Assembly (NCBI GenBank): GCA_964535715.1
Contig: CAZHUO010000003.1
Coordinates: 256-64,255, forward strand
From: an uncultured Gammaproteobacteria bacterium
Lineage (GTDB): Bacteria > Patescibacteriota > Patescibacteriia > Buchananbacterales > UBA6539
Length of the DNA stretch: 64,000 bases
Reading direction: 5' to 3'
Shown here: piece after piece, positions 49,082 through 58,745 of the stretch
Layout: every line of letters starts with the position of its first letter
How positions within the stretch are numbered: position 1 is the stretch's first letter
Made by a program: the position numbers and the translations under genes
Notes under the pieces: generated by a model
What the model was told of the DNA's origin: nothing
The model's input: only the letters and a program-made list of their open reading frames with translations
Databases searched by the model: none

Positions 49082-50209
49082 TTATTCTGCATACGGCAGG
49101 CATGGTCCTGGCCGCGGAACAGTGCCAAAAGTAATCGCACGGCGCGGCAGTTCAATAATACAATAGGATCGGCTACTAATTACGTCGCCTGGATCGATAA
49201 AATACAGGCGCTCATTTTTTTCAAAGACCGTACGATAACTTCCGCCAAATAGGACAAACTTAACTTCCCTATGATTGGCCAGAAATTTCATAGACCAGCT
49301 GTCCAGATCAAACATGCTGTCTCCAAAGATTTCCTGGCAAAGATTAGAACCAACAAAAAATTGATAGTGGCCGAATTGCATAATAGGGTTTTCTTCATTT
49401 AGAACTATCCAATTTTTGTTTTCGCCAAGTATCTTTTTGCAATCAAATTCCATAACAGAATCAAGCCAGCAATGGACCGTGAAATCAGCAAGATCCTTCC
49501 GGCAGACATCTTCTTTTTGGATATTGCAGCAAATAACCAAGTCAGTTACTCCTTCAGCCTTCATGATCTCGATTAGGCTGGGCCAATAGGTTTTGTCTTT
49601 TTTAGAGATATGATCCGTATCAGCAATAACACAGATTTTGATAATATCTTTTTGGAGAATCGGTTCCATTGGCAAACGGGTAAAGGTTATTAAACCGGAA
49701 TCCGGATCAAGCAAAGTATACTCATATTTCTCTTCCACATAGCCGGGATTAATCAAGCTAATAACCGGATCTCTTAAGAAATATTGAAAATGGCTATGCC
49801 CGCAAAAGACATATCGAATGCCGTCATTTTCCATGCGAATCTCTTCGATTTTTTGCCTTACTTTATCGGTTGATTTGGTCAAACATTCCCAGCCAATCAT
49901 ATGACCAAGATAAATATCATGGACATAGACTTTTACAATTCTTTCGCCCCGTCTAGTAATTTGCCAATTATAAGGACGTCTATTCAAATCAAATTTGCCA
50001 TCAAAGTCACTGGGAATAAATGCTACAGCCACTGGCAAATCCAAGAACGTTTCTGAATTAAAATGTCTTGGATCAAGGTCGCCGGTATGAATTACCTGGG
50101 TGATTCCATGATTTTTCATTTCATATTCAGTGATTATTCTTTGGGCGCCAAAAGAATCCTTGTGGGAATCTCCAATAACAAGCCATGTTTGTTTAGTTTT
50201 TTTAGTCAT
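49082..50209 (-). CDS. Tandem calcineurin-like metallophosphoesterase (YfcE-like x2, second domain degenerate)
   Basis: VIGDSH, IHTGD, GH, CGHSH, INPG; second copy ADTDH...FGGS..IDPG; AGGAGG SD. Confidence 0.7.
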   Translation of the reverse strand: MTKKTKQTWLVIGDSHKDSFGAQRIITEYEMKNHGITQVIHTGDLDPRHFNSETFLDLPVAVAFIPSDFDGKFDLNRRPYNWQITRRGERIVKVYVHDIYLGHMIGWECLTKSTDKVRQKIEEIRMENDGIRYVFCGHSHFQYFLRDPVISLINPGYVEEKYEYTLLDPDSGLITFTRLPMEPILQKDIIKICVIADTDHISKKDKTYWPSLIEIMKAEGVTDLVICCNIQKEDVCRKDLADFTVHCWLDSVMEFDCKKILGENKNWIVLNEENPIMQFGHYQFFVGSNLCQEIFGDSMFDLDSWSMKFLANHREVKFVLFGGSYRTVFEKNERLYFIDPGDVISSRSYCIIELPRRAITFGTVPRPGPCLPYAE

Positions 50210-50612
50210 ATAACCTCCTGTTTCTGTTTTTGACCGTTAAAAAGCTGACATATTTATAAAAAGAACCAATACTTAAACATAGTGCTATTGGCTAAATTTG
50301 TCAAATCCTAATATAATAAAAAAAGATGAGCTTTTATACTCATCAATCATTTGAAGAAAGATCATCAGCTGTTTGTTTGGACAAAAAATTTTTCAATTTT
50401 TGGATAATTATTATCCCAATCCAAATCGCTGCTGCGCCGAAAAATCCCACATGCTGGTTTCCCTCGCTATCTAAAAGAAGAAAGCCAATTGTAACAAATA
50501 TTATTTAGCCAAACATACTAAATACTTTCATTGCTACTTTTCTCTATTGGTTAAATTTACATTATTATTTAAGTCTTTATATTATAAATTGTTAAGTATA
50601 TTAGAGTAAATT

Positions 50613-52187
50613 ATGGCCAATTTAACGGAAAAAATCAATCAAGCGCCAAGCCAGCCGGGCTGCTATTTATTCCAAAATAAGTTTGGTAAGGTTATTTATA
50701 TTGGCAAAGCAAGGAATATAAAAAAAAGGGTTAACAGTTATTTCCAAAAAAAAGGACTTGATATTAAAACCCAAAATTTAGTTTCCGAAATCACTAATGT
50801 GGAATTTTTTGTCACTGATAATGAAGTCGAGGCATTTTTATTAGAAGCACAACTGATAAAGAAATACCAGCCTAAATATAATCTTGAGCTTAAGGGCGGC
50901 CAGCGCTATGCTTATATTGAAATTACTGATGATAAATTTCCGCGATTGTTGACTACCCGCAACATTAAAAAAGGTGATAAAGTTTTCGGACCGTATTCTT
51001 CTGGTTCTTCCCGCCAGGAAATGATTCGGCTGGCCAATAGTCTTTTTAAGCTTCGGATTTGCAAACGCCTGCCAAAACGATCCTGCCTTCTTTACCATAT
51101 TAAACAATGCAGTGCACCATGCATTGGTAAAATTTCTCAATCAGATTACCAAAAAAATATTTCTAAAGTTGAAATGCTTTTGAAAGGAAAAACTAAGGAG
51201 TTAATTGATAGTCTGGAGCAGGAGATGAAAGAATATTCAGCCGAACTTAATTATGAGCTGGCAAAAACAAAGCGCGACCAGATTTTGGCGCTTGAGCATA
51301 TTTCGGAAAAACAAAAAATCGAGCTTAGAAAAGCCTATGACCAAGATGTCATAAACTATATCCAAAGACCGAATAAATTAATTGTTCAGCTGTTTAATAT
51401 CAACAAAGGGATAATTTCGGGCCGCAAAGAATTCAAGATTGCTACAGTATTAAGTTCTAATGCTGAAGAAAATTTTTTTGATTTTCTCAGGCAGTATTAT
51501 TATACCGAAGATATTCCGCAGGAAATTATTTTGCCAATCAAGCTAAGAGAGCAGAATTTGCTTGAAAAATTTTTAAGTAAAATTGTCGAAAGGGAAATAA
51601 GAATTACCATACCGCGAAAAGGCGATAAACTGAAGCTTTTGGAGTTAGTTTTAAAAAATATTGAAGTTGGATTAAGCCTTGGTGAAAACAGTTTGCTTGA
51701 ATTGCAGAACAAACTTAATTTGCCAAATTTGCCGCAGATAATTGAAGCCTTTGATGTTTCTAATCTGGGTCCAACCGATGTGGTTGGCTCGATGGTAAAT
51801 TTTAAGGGTGGTAAGCCCGATAAAAATGAATACCGCCGTTTTAAAATAAAAACTTTTATTGGCCAGTCAGATTTTGATGCAATGAAAGAAATAATCTACC
51901 GCCGCTATTATAAAATTACTAAGGAAAAATCAAAGCTGCCTGATTTAATTATGGTTGACGGCGGCAAGCCACAGCTTACTGCTGCTCTAATTTCACTGCG
52001 CGAGCTCGGACTGCAGCTTGCGGTAATTGCCTTGGCTAAAAAAGAAGAAGAAATTTATACGCCTAACAACCGCTATCCTTTGCGGCTTTCAAAAAGGTCA
52101 GCCAGTTTAAAATTACTTCAGAAAATTAGGGACGAAGCCCACCGCTTTGCGATAAATTACCAGCGGCTGTTGCGGAGTAAGAGATAG
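50613..52187 (+). CDS. uvrC: Excinuclease ABC subunit C (lacking C-terminal HhH region)
   Basis: GIY-YIG PGCYLF..YIGKA, IEAFDVS, PDLIMVDGG, RDEAHRFA. Confidence 0.93.
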   Translation: MANLTEKINQAPSQPGCYLFQNKFGKVIYIGKARNIKKRVNSYFQKKGLDIKTQNLVSEITNVEFFVTDNEVEAFLLEAQLIKKYQPKYNLELKGGQRYAYIEITDDKFPRLLTTRNIKKGDKVFGPYSSGSSRQEMIRLANSLFKLRICKRLPKRSCLLYHIKQCSAPCIGKISQSDYQKNISKVEMLLKGKTKELIDSLEQEMKEYSAELNYELAKTKRDQILALEHISEKQKIELRKAYDQDVINYIQRPNKLIVQLFNINKGIISGRKEFKIATVLSSNAEENFFDFLRQYYYTEDIPQEIILPIKLREQNLLEKFLSKIVEREIRITIPRKGDKLKLLELVLKNIEVGLSLGENSLLELQNKLNLPNLPQIIEAFDVSNLGPTDVVGSMVNFKGGKPDKNEYRRFKIKTFIGQSDFDAMKEIIYRRYYKITKEKSKLPDLIMVDGGKPQLTAALISLRELGLQLAVIALAKKEEEIYTPNNRYPLRLSKRSASLKLLQKIRDEAHRFAINYQRLLRSKR

Positions 52188-52281
52188 TAGAAATTATGTA
52201 ACATGAAACATGGAACAATTTGTTACGTATTTTATGTTATGTGTGTACATGATTTTTCTTTTTCTGCTATAATAATAATCT

Positions 52282-53508
52282 ATGCGTATTATCAAGATAA
52301 TAATTGCAGTTGTAGTTGTCGGCTTGATGCTGGCTTTTTTTGTTTGGTATAAGCCCAATTCAAATAAGCAATCGGAAAACAGCAATCAAAAAATAGAAGA
52401 AAAAATCGAAACGACATATACCAAAAGTTTCGAAGTGACCGAAGGTGCAACTTATGGGAGACTGATGGAGCAGGCAAGTACCAGTCCAAAAATAAGCCAG
52501 GCAATTTTTGAAGCCAGTAAAGAAGTTTATGACCTTACCAATGTCAGGCTGGGACGAAAGCTGGATTTGGTTTATGACAAAACAACTAACGACCTTCAAC
52601 AACTGATTTATCAAATTGATAGCGAAGAAAAATTATATGTAACCTTGCAGGCAAAAACAACCACTGCAACTTCAACCGAACCGGTATGGCTGGCCGAAAA
52701 AAAAATAATTCCTTATGAAATAAAAATTAAAACCGTTGAAGGGACAATTGAAACTTCAATGTGGGAATCTGGTTTAGCTCAAGGAATAGATGAGCGGGCG
52801 ATAATTGCTTTTGCCGATGTGCTTGAATGGAGTGTTGATTTTGCCTGGGAAGTAAGGAAAGGCGATAAATACAAATTTATTTACGAGGAACGCTATTTGA
52901 ACGATGAATATGTAATGCCGGGAAAAGTTTTAGCCGGGAAGTTTATCAATGACGGCAATAATTTTTATGCTTTTTATTATGAAGAGTCTAAAGACAAAAT
53001 CGGCTATTTCGACCAGGACGGAAATTCCGTTCAAAAAGTTTTTTTGAAAGCGCCTTTGGCTTTTAAATATATTTCTTCCGGCTTTACTACCGGCTTGCGC
53101 TATGTTGAAGCTTTTAACGTTTCAACCGGTCATCGGGCGGTTGATTATGCCGCGTCATTCGGCACGCCGATTCGATCTGTCGGCGACGGAACGATTATTT
53201 TTGCCGGCTGGAACGGCGCTTATGGCCGAATGGTCAAAGTCAGGCATAATTCAACTTATACGACAAACTACGGCCACATGTCGAAAATCGCCGTTAAAGT
53301 CGGCCAAAAGGTCAGCCAAAGCCAAACAATCGGCTATGTCGGCTCAACCGGCTTTTCCACCGGACCGCATTTGCATTACGAAATGGTAAAAAACGGAACA
53401 AAGATAAATCCGTTAAGAGAAGTTTTTCCAACAACTGAAGGAATTAAGGAAGAAAATAAGCAGGCTTATCAGGATGTAATAAAGGATTGGAAAAATCAGC
53501 TTGATTAA
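52282..53508 (+). CDS. M23-family peptidoglycan DD-metalloendopeptidase
   Basis: N-terminal TM, HRAVDYA (HxxxD), STGPHLHYE (HxH). Confidence 0.9.
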   Translation: MRIIKIIIAVVVVGLMLAFFVWYKPNSNKQSENSNQKIEEKIETTYTKSFEVTEGATYGRLMEQASTSPKISQAIFEASKEVYDLTNVRLGRKLDLVYDKTTNDLQQLIYQIDSEEKLYVTLQAKTTTATSTEPVWLAEKKIIPYEIKIKTVEGTIETSMWESGLAQGIDERAIIAFADVLEWSVDFAWEVRKGDKYKFIYEERYLNDEYVMPGKVLAGKFINDGNNFYAFYYEESKDKIGYFDQDGNSVQKVFLKAPLAFKYISSGFTTGLRYVEAFNVSTGHRAVDYAASFGTPIRSVGDGTIIFAGWNGAYGRMVKVRHNSTYTTNYGHMSKIAVKVGQKVSQSQTIGYVGSTGFSTGPHLHYEMVKNGTKINPLREVFPTTEGIKEENKQAYQDVIKDWKNQLD

Positions 53509-53755
53509 AAAAGCCCGAATCAGCGGCTTTTTAAAAGCTAAACTGATTCGGGAGCGCCGTTAATTGGGGCCAACGGCAAATGCCCCTGGCTAGAGTCAGA
53601 AAAATTCTGGTTCACACATTAGTGTGAAAATTCCCCTAAGGTTAGGGAGATCCCGGTTCTTGTGCCTGCTTATGATAAACTTTCGATTTTGGTCGTGTGA
53701 CGTTGAGACCTATTTTCCGGCCGACTAAATCCCTCTCCCGCCAAGCAGGCAAGGC
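53507..53755. ncRNA. Candidate structured ncRNA with pseudoknots
   Basis: GC-rich ORF-free island with an H-type pseudoknot, several hairpins, a 9-bp long-range helix and a terminator-like end on the minus strand; no family recognised. Confidence 0.45.
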
Positions 53756-53915
53756 TATTATATTTTTTGGAGAGATATTTTAATTGTTATCTAATTTGTT
53801 TATGAAGTCAATGTTAAAAAAATATCATTATACTTTTACATATTTTATTTTCTATTTTATGTATTAATTTAGTTTCTTTTTTTCTCAATAAATGATAAGA
53901 TAACTATATAATAAT

Positions 53916-54134
53916 ATGTTTGCCCAAATCGCTTATTATCAAATTTTTGGAAAACCGTTAATAATGTATGGCGGTATATTAACTTTAGCTTTTTTATTAT
54001 TAACTGCATCTTTGCCTTATTTAGGAAAAAAAGGGATAATTAAGAATCATTTTGTCTTGCATAAAATAATGGCAATAATATCCATTTGCCTGGCTTTATT
54101 TCATGGTTTGTTGGGAGTTTTAGCCAATTTATAG
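53916..54134 (+). CDS. Small two-TM membrane protein with conserved-looking His residues
   Basis: GKPLIMYGG, HK..A, FHG pattern. Confidence 0.6.
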   Translation: MFAQIAYYQIFGKPLIMYGGILTLAFLLLTASLPYLGKKGIIKNHFVLHKIMAIISICLALFHGLLGVLANL

Positions 54135-54184
54135 CTAAATATAGTTAACTTGAAAAAACACAGCTTTTGTGTTATTTTTATTAT

Positions 54185-54529
54185 ATGAATATAAAAATTG
54201 TTATCGATAAAATTTTCTTGGCTGAAGTCAAAGAACTGGCTGAAAATGATTTAGGAGAAATGATAAAAGCTGTTGTTGATGTACAAAAAGGCGTTATGGC
54301 AATCGGCGGCGAATGGCATTCGGATGCCGAAAAAGTTTTACTAAAGGCAGGTAGTGGCCAAAAAGATTTATGGGGCATCAATTTGTTTCCCGGCCGAAGC
54401 AAAGAACAACTAATTGAGTTTACCTCATTGATTAATATTCGGCCTAAAGACGGCAACCTATCAATGATAATTGAAATTCCCGAAGTTAAAGAGAAAATTA
54501 TAAAAATAGTTAATGGATTAATTAATTAA
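54185..54529 (+). CDS. DUF5674-like protein
   Basis: IKAVVDV..GGEWHSDAE..LL..GS.Q.DLWGIN..IEF.SLINIRP. Confidence 0.7.
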   Translation: MNIKIVIDKIFLAEVKELAENDLGEMIKAVVDVQKGVMAIGGEWHSDAEKVLLKAGSGQKDLWGINLFPGRSKEQLIEFTSLINIRPKDGNLSMIIEIPEVKEKIIKIVNGLIN

Positions 54530-54539
54530 TTTTTTAGAA

Positions 54540-54845
54540 ATGGATATTAAGCGTTGGCAGGAATTTTCATTGGCTCAACAAATGGGTAATATCGCAAGCG
54601 AAGTCAGCCGCGCTTACTCTTTTGAGAAAAATAGAGATTTTGAACAAAAAAAAATGTCTTTAGAAAGGGTTTTGGAGATGATTGATGCAACAATTGATGA
54701 TAAGCGATATTTTGGCCGATTGAAGGAAATTTGCCTCCTGCGCGAAATTATTGCCGACTTTTACAGTCAAACCGGAAATTATTCGGTGACCTTGCCTGAT
54801 ATACTTCATTACTTAATGCCTTTTGCTTTGGCGGCGAGAAGATAA
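54540..54845 (+). CDS. Uncharacterised small helical-bundle protein
   Basis: RW...SL.QQMGNIASEV.RA...E.ID.TI.D...RLKEI..LRE pattern. Confidence 0.6.
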   Translation: MDIKRWQEFSLAQQMGNIASEVSRAYSFEKNRDFEQKKMSLERVLEMIDATIDDKRYFGRLKEICLLREIIADFYSQTGNYSVTLPDILHYLMPFALAARR

Positions 54846-54851
54846 AATTAT

Positions 54852-55517
54852 ATGGGAACACTATTTATCGTCGCAACGCCAATTGGCAATTTGGAAGATA
54901 TCACTTTGCGCGCCTTAAGAATTTTAAAAGAAGTTGATTTAATTGCCTGCGAAGACACGCGGGTGACAAAGAGACTATTGGAACATTATCAAATTGATAA
55001 GCAGGTAATAAGTTATCATCAGCATAGCCAAGTCGGTAAAGTTGATTTTTTGCTGGAAAAATTAAAACAAGGAAAAAATATTGCCTTGGTATCAGACGCC
55101 GGAACACCTGGAATTTCCGATCCGGGAGGACTTCTGGTTTCAGCGGCGGCAAGCGAGGGGATTAAAGTTGAAGCAATTGTCGGACCAAGTGCCTTGACTG
55201 CGGCATTGTCGATTTCCGGACTGCCGACAGACAAATTTTTATTTTTGGGATTTTTGCCTCATAAAAAAGGCAGAGAGACTCTGATTAAAGAAATTATTGA
55301 GTCAAAATATACTATTGTTTTTTATGAATCGGTTCATCGGATTATTAAGGCGCTTGGGCAGTTAAACGAGGCGGGCTTAGAGAGAAAAGTTGTTGTTTGT
55401 CGCGAACTGACCAAGAAGTTTGAAACAGTCTACCGGGGTAAAATTAATGAAGTTTTGAAGCTATTACAAGATGACCAGGTTAAGGGGGAATTTGTGGTCA
55501 TAATTTCAGCAAGATAA
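54852..55517 (+). CDS. rsmI: 16S rRNA (cytidine1402-2'-O)-methyltransferase
   Basis: VATPIGNLEDIT, ACEDTR, SDAGTPGISDPG, RELTKKFE. Confidence 0.96.
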   Translation: MGTLFIVATPIGNLEDITLRALRILKEVDLIACEDTRVTKRLLEHYQIDKQVISYHQHSQVGKVDFLLEKLKQGKNIALVSDAGTPGISDPGGLLVSAAASEGIKVEAIVGPSALTAALSISGLPTDKFLFLGFLPHKKGRETLIKEIIESKYTIVFYESVHRIIKALGQLNEAGLERKVVVCRELTKKFETVYRGKINEVLKLLQDDQVKGEFVVIISAR

Positions 55518-55593
55518 GTATTAAGCAAGATAGGCAAGATAAGTTTCTAATAAAATTATCTTGCTTATCTCGCCTATCTTGCTTATCTTGCTT
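55509..55593. repeat. Palindromic 9-mer array (gcaagataa)n/(ttatcttgc)n
   Basis: Three forward and four reverse copies between rsmI and metG; the motif recurs at 57671-57705. Confidence 0.75.
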
Positions 55594-55600
55594 AATAAAT

Positions 55601-57028
55601 ATGTCAAAGAAATTCTACATAACTACCGCCATACCGTACGTTAATGCCAGTCCGCACATTGGCTTTGCCTTGGAATTGGTTCAAACAGATGTTATTGCCA
55701 GATATTATAAGCAGAAAGGACGCGATGTTTTCTTTTTAACCGGTGCTGATGAAAATAGCTTAAAAAACGTTCAAGCGGCCGAAAAAGAGAAAATTACAAC
55801 CAGGCAATTGGTTGACAAAAATACTCAGAAATTTATTGACTTAACTAAGGCTTTGAATATTTCAAATAATGATTTTATCAGGACTGTTTCGGAAAAGCAT
55901 TTTTTAGGCGCTCAAAAGCTTTGGTCTGCCTGCAAAAAAGAAGATATTTATAAAAAGAAATACAAAGGTCTTTACTGTGTGGGTTGTGAGCAGTTTTATG
56001 CTGAAAAAGAGCTGGTTGACGGCAAATGTCCGGAGCACCAAAAAGAGCCGGAAGTAATAGAAGAAGAAAATTATTTTTTTAAATTGTCAAATTATCAAAA
56101 ACAGCTTGAAAAATTAATTGAATCGGATGAATATGAAGTCGTGCCTAAAACCAGGAAAAATGAAGTTTTGAGTTTTATCCGCATGGGTTTGGAAGATTTC
56201 TCGATTTCCCGATCTCAGGCTCGTGCAAAAAATTGGGGTGTTCCTGTACCAGGCGATGAATCGCAGGTTATGTATGTCTGGTTTGACGCTTTAAGCAATT
56301 ATATTACCGCTTTAGATTATGATAAGAAAGGAAAAGATTTTAAAAATTACTGGCCGGCTGATGTTCATGTAATTGGTAAAGGGATAATTCGTTTTCATGC
56401 CGTTTACTGGCCGGCGATGCTTCTTTCGGCGGGGATACCTTTGCCGAAAAAGCTTTTTGTTCACGGTTACATAAACATTGGAGGGGGAAAAATGTCAAAA
56501 TCTCTAGGTAATGTTATTGACCCTTTTGAATTGGTAAAAAAATATGGAATTGAGCCGGTTCGTTATTATCTTTTGCGCTACATTCACCCAATCCAAGATA
56601 GCGATTTTAGCATCGAAAAATTTGAAGAGTCTTATAATTCCGATTTAGCCAACGGCTTGGGAAATCTTGTCAGCCGAGTGGCCGGCCTTATTGAGCAGAA
56701 TAATATAAAAATTAAAATGAAATTGCCAAAAGAAGATGAAAAATTTTCTAAATTGGTGGAATCTTTCAGCTTTGACCAGGCTTTAAAGTATGTCTGGTAT
56801 AAGATTTCCGAAGTTGATGGAAAAATTTCAAGCGCTAAGCCATGGTCTTTGGCAAAGGAAGGAAAAACAAAGGAAGTTGCGGATATTTTAAATCAGGCGG
56901 CAAATGATGTTTTACAGATAAGCTATCTGCTAAAGCCATTTTTACCGTCGGTTTCAGTCAGTATAAAAAATATTTTCTTTTCCTTAAAAATTGTTAAAGG
57001 TGATCCGCTTTTCCCGCGGTTAAACTAA
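55601..57028 (+). CDS. metG: Methionine--tRNA ligase
   Basis: YITTAIPYVN, PHIGF, YVWFDAL, KMSKS. Confidence 0.96.
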   Translation: MSKKFYITTAIPYVNASPHIGFALELVQTDVIARYYKQKGRDVFFLTGADENSLKNVQAAEKEKITTRQLVDKNTQKFIDLTKALNISNNDFIRTVSEKHFLGAQKLWSACKKEDIYKKKYKGLYCVGCEQFYAEKELVDGKCPEHQKEPEVIEEENYFFKLSNYQKQLEKLIESDEYEVVPKTRKNEVLSFIRMGLEDFSISRSQARAKNWGVPVPGDESQVMYVWFDALSNYITALDYDKKGKDFKNYWPADVHVIGKGIIRFHAVYWPAMLLSAGIPLPKKLFVHGYINIGGGKMSKSLGNVIDPFELVKKYGIEPVRYYLLRYIHPIQDSDFSIEKFEESYNSDLANGLGNLVSRVAGLIEQNNIKIKMKLPKEDEKFSKLVESFSFDQALKYVWYKISEVDGKISSAKPWSLAKEGKTKEVADILNQAANDVLQISYLLKPFLPSVSVSIKNIFFSLKIVKGDPLFPRLN

Positions 57029-57036
57029 TTAATTTG

Positions 57037-57139
57037 TCATGCTAACTGCCTACCAGATAAGCAGGCTTGTTTCGGCACCTTGTAGCCAAGGCTATGAGAC
57101 CCTGAAATAAACCTGCCAGCAGGCAGGTTCAGGGTGACA
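57037..57139. repeat. Nested REP-like element
   Basis: gtcatgct...gagaccctgaaataaa[cctgccagcaggcagg]ttcagggtgac. Confidence 0.6.
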
Positions 57140-57150
57140 ATAATAAAAAT

Positions 57151-57669
57151 ATGTTTATAACAATTCTTGATTTGATTTTAATTTTAATTCTTTTTATTTT
57201 TATTTCCTTCGGCTTTGCTTTAGGGCTGGTTCAGACAGTGGGAGCATTGATCGGAGTGGTTCTTGGCGCCTGGGCGGCAGGAGCATGGTATGAACCTTTG
57301 GGTCTATGGCTTCAGGATATAACGCTTGGCAATGCCGCTTTTTCGAGAATTATCGCCTTTGTTGCAATTTTTGTGATTATTAACCGCCTAGTTGGTCTTA
57401 TTTTTTATATTATAAATAAAATATTTAATTTGATTTCAATTATACCTTTTGCTAAAAGCCTTAATCGTATCATGGGGGCTTTTTTAGGGGCTTTGGAAGG
57501 TGTTTTGGTATTAGGTCTGATACTTTATTTTGTTTCCCGCTTTGCTTTTACTGATTGGATTATTAATGTACTAACCGCTTCCAAAATGGCAATGTTTTTG
57601 GTTTGGGTTGCCAATATATTGGCGCCGCTTTTGCCGGAAATTTTAAGACAGCTTAAGTCGGTTATTTAA
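57151..57669 (+). CDS. CvpA-family membrane protein
   Basis: ILDLI..GF..GL, LNRIMGAFLG. Confidence 0.85.
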   Translation: MFITILDLILILILFIFISFGFALGLVQTVGALIGVVLGAWAAGAWYEPLGLWLQDITLGNAAFSRIIAFVAIFVIINRLVGLIFYIINKIFNLISIIPFAKSLNRIMGAFLGALEGVLVLGLILYFVSRFAFTDWIINVLTASKMAMFLVWVANILAPLLPEILRQLKSVI

Positions 57670-57752
57670 AGCGAGATAAGTTTTAAGCAAGATAAGCAAG
57701 ATAAGTAGTATTAGAAATTCTAAAATCTAGATTATAAATAAATCCTCGAATA

Positions 57753-57900
57753 TAAGCACCAAATTACAAATTACAAATCCCAAACAAATATCAAATCATA
57801 AAACTCAAATTTCAAACACTAGTTTAGACGTTTAAAAATTGAGATTTCGAATTTGTTTGGATTTTGAGATTTAGAATTTGTAATTTGAATTTAGAAATTA
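57753..57900. repeat. Palindromic heptamer-repeat array (caaatta-like / taatttg-like)
   Basis: aaattacaaattacaaatcccaaacaaatatcaaatc ... gatttcgaatttgtttggattttgagatttagaatttgtaattt. Confidence 0.7.
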
Positions 57901-57921
57901 ATAGACTTGTCTTGCCAAACT

Positions 57922-58731
57922 ATGCTAATAGATTCTCACTCTCACTTGAATTTTGAAGATTTTAAAGATGATTGGCAAAAAATAATTACTGATTGCCAAA
58001 ATCAAAATATCTGGATGATTAATGTCGGCTCGCAGCTTCAAACCAGCAGAAGGTCTGTAGAGATTGCGGAAAAATATGAAAAAGGGGTTTATGCCGCCAT
58101 TGGCTTGCATCCGATTCACGTTTCGGGAAGCAGTTTTCATCCCGAAGCTTTTAATATTGATTCTTATAGAGATCTATTAAATAGTTGTAAAAAAATCGTG
58201 GCAATAGGGGAAACCGGTTTGGATTTTTTTCATGATCTTAATAATATTGAAAATCAAAAAAAAGTTTTGCTTAAGCATATTGAGTTGGCAAAAGAATTTA
58301 ATTTGCCCCTAATTTTGCATTGTCGAAACAGTAAAGACGGAAAAAACGACGCCTATGATGAAATACTAAATATATTAGCCGACAAGTTGGCAAGCTGGAA
58401 AGCTGGAAAAGGGGTGATTCATTGCTTTGGCGGCAATTTAAAACAGGCTGAGGTTTTTTTGGATCTTGGTTTTTACATTGGCTTTACCGGGGTTATTACT
58501 TTTCCTAAAACTGAAGTGCTGGCTGAAATAATCAAAATGCTTCCCCTGGACAGAATTTTGGTGGAAACCGACTGTCCATATTTGGCGCCGGTGCCAAACC
58601 GAGGCGAGCGCAATATCCCGCAATATGTTGAGTTTGTTGCCAGAAAAATTGCTGAAATTAAAGAAATTGACTATAATATAGTTAAAGAGCAAACGGCAAA
58701 AAATGCCATTAAATTATTTAATTTAGTCTAA
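57922..58731 (+). CDS. TatD-family hydrolase
   Basis: IDSHSHL, GLHP, AIGETGLD, LHCR, HCF, ETDCPYL. Confidence 0.93.
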   Translation: MLIDSHSHLNFEDFKDDWQKIITDCQNQNIWMINVGSQLQTSRRSVEIAEKYEKGVYAAIGLHPIHVSGSSFHPEAFNIDSYRDLLNSCKKIVAIGETGLDFFHDLNNIENQKKVLLKHIELAKEFNLPLILHCRNSKDGKNDAYDEILNILADKLASWKAGKGVIHCFGGNLKQAEVFLDLGFYIGFTGVITFPKTEVLAEIIKMLPLDRILVETDCPYLAPVPNRGERNIPQYVEFVARKIAEIKEIDYNIVKEQTAKNAIKLFNLV

Positions 58732-58745
58732 TTATTAAACAATTT

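Noticed and set aside
48542-49155. ORFs 48542-48772 (+) and 48904-49155 (-)
   Set aside because: Non-ATG starts; they overlap a terminator, repeats or the adjacent gene; likely spurious
50326-50508. 60-aa ORF upstream of uvrC
   Set aside because: No motif or SD; coding status unsupported, possibly a decayed fragment on either strand
55601-57028. HIGF instead of HIGH and a short C-terminus in MetG
   Set aside because: Plausible lineage variant; all other catalytic motifs are intact
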